DNA from: Octopus sinensis
Taxonomy: Eukaryota
Reading direction: 5' to 3'
NCBI RefSeq assembly: GCF_006345805.1
Contig: NW_021828507.1
Coordinates: 1 to 8,122 of the forward strand
DNA: 8,122 bases
How positions within the stretch are numbered: position 1 is the first letter of the stretch; every line of letters starts with the position of its first letter. A program made the position numbers and the translations under genes. Shown piece by piece: positions 7,539 to 8,122 of the stretch. The notes beneath the pieces are model-generated. The model worked only from the letters and a program-made list of their open reading frames with translations. It had not been told where the DNA came from and made no database searches.

Positions 7539-7845
7539 TTGTTCCTTCTCAAGCCATGCGTGGCTCATAGGGCCGGTTTCCCAGTTTCTTTGGCGTATAG
7601 GTTCCCCACCTGGACGGGATGCCGGTCAGTCGCAGGTGAGCTGCAAGATGCAGGAGGAAAGAGTGAGAGAAAGTTGTGATGAAAGAGTCAGCAAAAGTTC
7701 GTCATTACCTTCTGCCGGAGCCGCGTGGAGCTTAGGTGTTTCGCTCATAAATACACACATCGTCCGGTCTGAGATTTGAACCCGCGATCGCTCGACCGCT
7801 CGACCGCGAGTCCGCTGCTCTAACCACTAGGCCAAGTGCCTCCAC
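7539..7845 (-). mobile_element. tRNA-derived SINE, family C (full length, 12-bp TSD)
   Basis: Perfect direct repeat AAATAGACATGT at 7527-7538 and 7846-7857. Minus-strand head GTGGAGGCACTTGGCCTAGTGGTTAGAGCAGCGG with A box TGGCCTAGTGG (7834-7824) and B box GGTTCAAATCT (7782-7772); 3' hairpin AGCCA-N4-TGGCT (7552-7565). Confidence 0.95.
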
Positions 7846-7954
7846 AAATAGACATGTACATAGATAAATATAGGCGTAGATATAGAGAGTTAGATAGTCA
7901 GCTACACAATATGAACGAGAAAATAAAAGGTAAATAGATAAATAAATATAGATA

Positions 7955-8010
7955 TTCTTTTCTACTCTAGGTACAAGGCCCAAAGGATGAAAGGCAAAGT
8001 CGACCTCAGT
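7955..8010 (-). mobile_element. SINE family D fragment 1 (internally deleted remnant)
   Basis: Tail-like TTCTTTTCTACTCTAGGTACAAGGCCC joined to AAAGGATGAAAGGCAAAGTCGACCTC. I recall these two blocks being separated in the octopus repeat consensus; not verifiable from this window. Confidence 0.5.
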
Positions 8011-8020
8011 GTATTATACC

Positions 8021-8122
8021 TATTTCTTTACTACCCATAAGGGGCTAAACACAGAGAGGACAAACAAGGACAGACAAACGGATTAAGTCGATTATATCGA
8101 CCCCAGTGCGAACTTGGTACTT
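8021..8122 (-). mobile_element. SINE family D fragment 2 (3' portion, runs off the window)
   Basis: TATTTCTTTACTACCCATAAGGGG tail, then the hairpin GTCGAT-TAT-ATCGAC (8087-8101) and CCCAGTGCGAACTTGGTACTT, whose reverse complement resembles the AAGTAC...TGGGGTCGAT...TCGA block of family A. Confidence 0.7.

Overview
Non-coding, AT-rich, microsatellite-saturated eukaryotic DNA. The repeat content (several tRNA-headed SINE families plus dense (TA)n, (CA)n, (GA)n, (GATA)n and (TACA)n tracts) is what I recognise as typical of an octopus (coleoid cephalopod) genome; that assignment is recognition, not a database result. I find five copies of one SINE family (A), one full copy each of two other tRNA-SINEs (B, and C with a perfect 12-bp TSD), a structured 112-bp insert inside a SINE microsatellite, and pieces of a fourth family (D) at the right edge. 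No protein-coding gene can be supported: the listed ORFs are mostly microsatellite or SINE read-throughs. No novel enzymatic system is evident. The most notable observations are structural: an ~830-bp almost loopless inverted repeat (62-889); a 98%-identical 100-bp inverted patch carrying variants shared only by two SINE copies, next to a 31-bp tandem duplication (possible template switching); modules and 3' stem-loops shared among the SINE families; and unique-sequence islands with possible, unproven exon/promoter signals.
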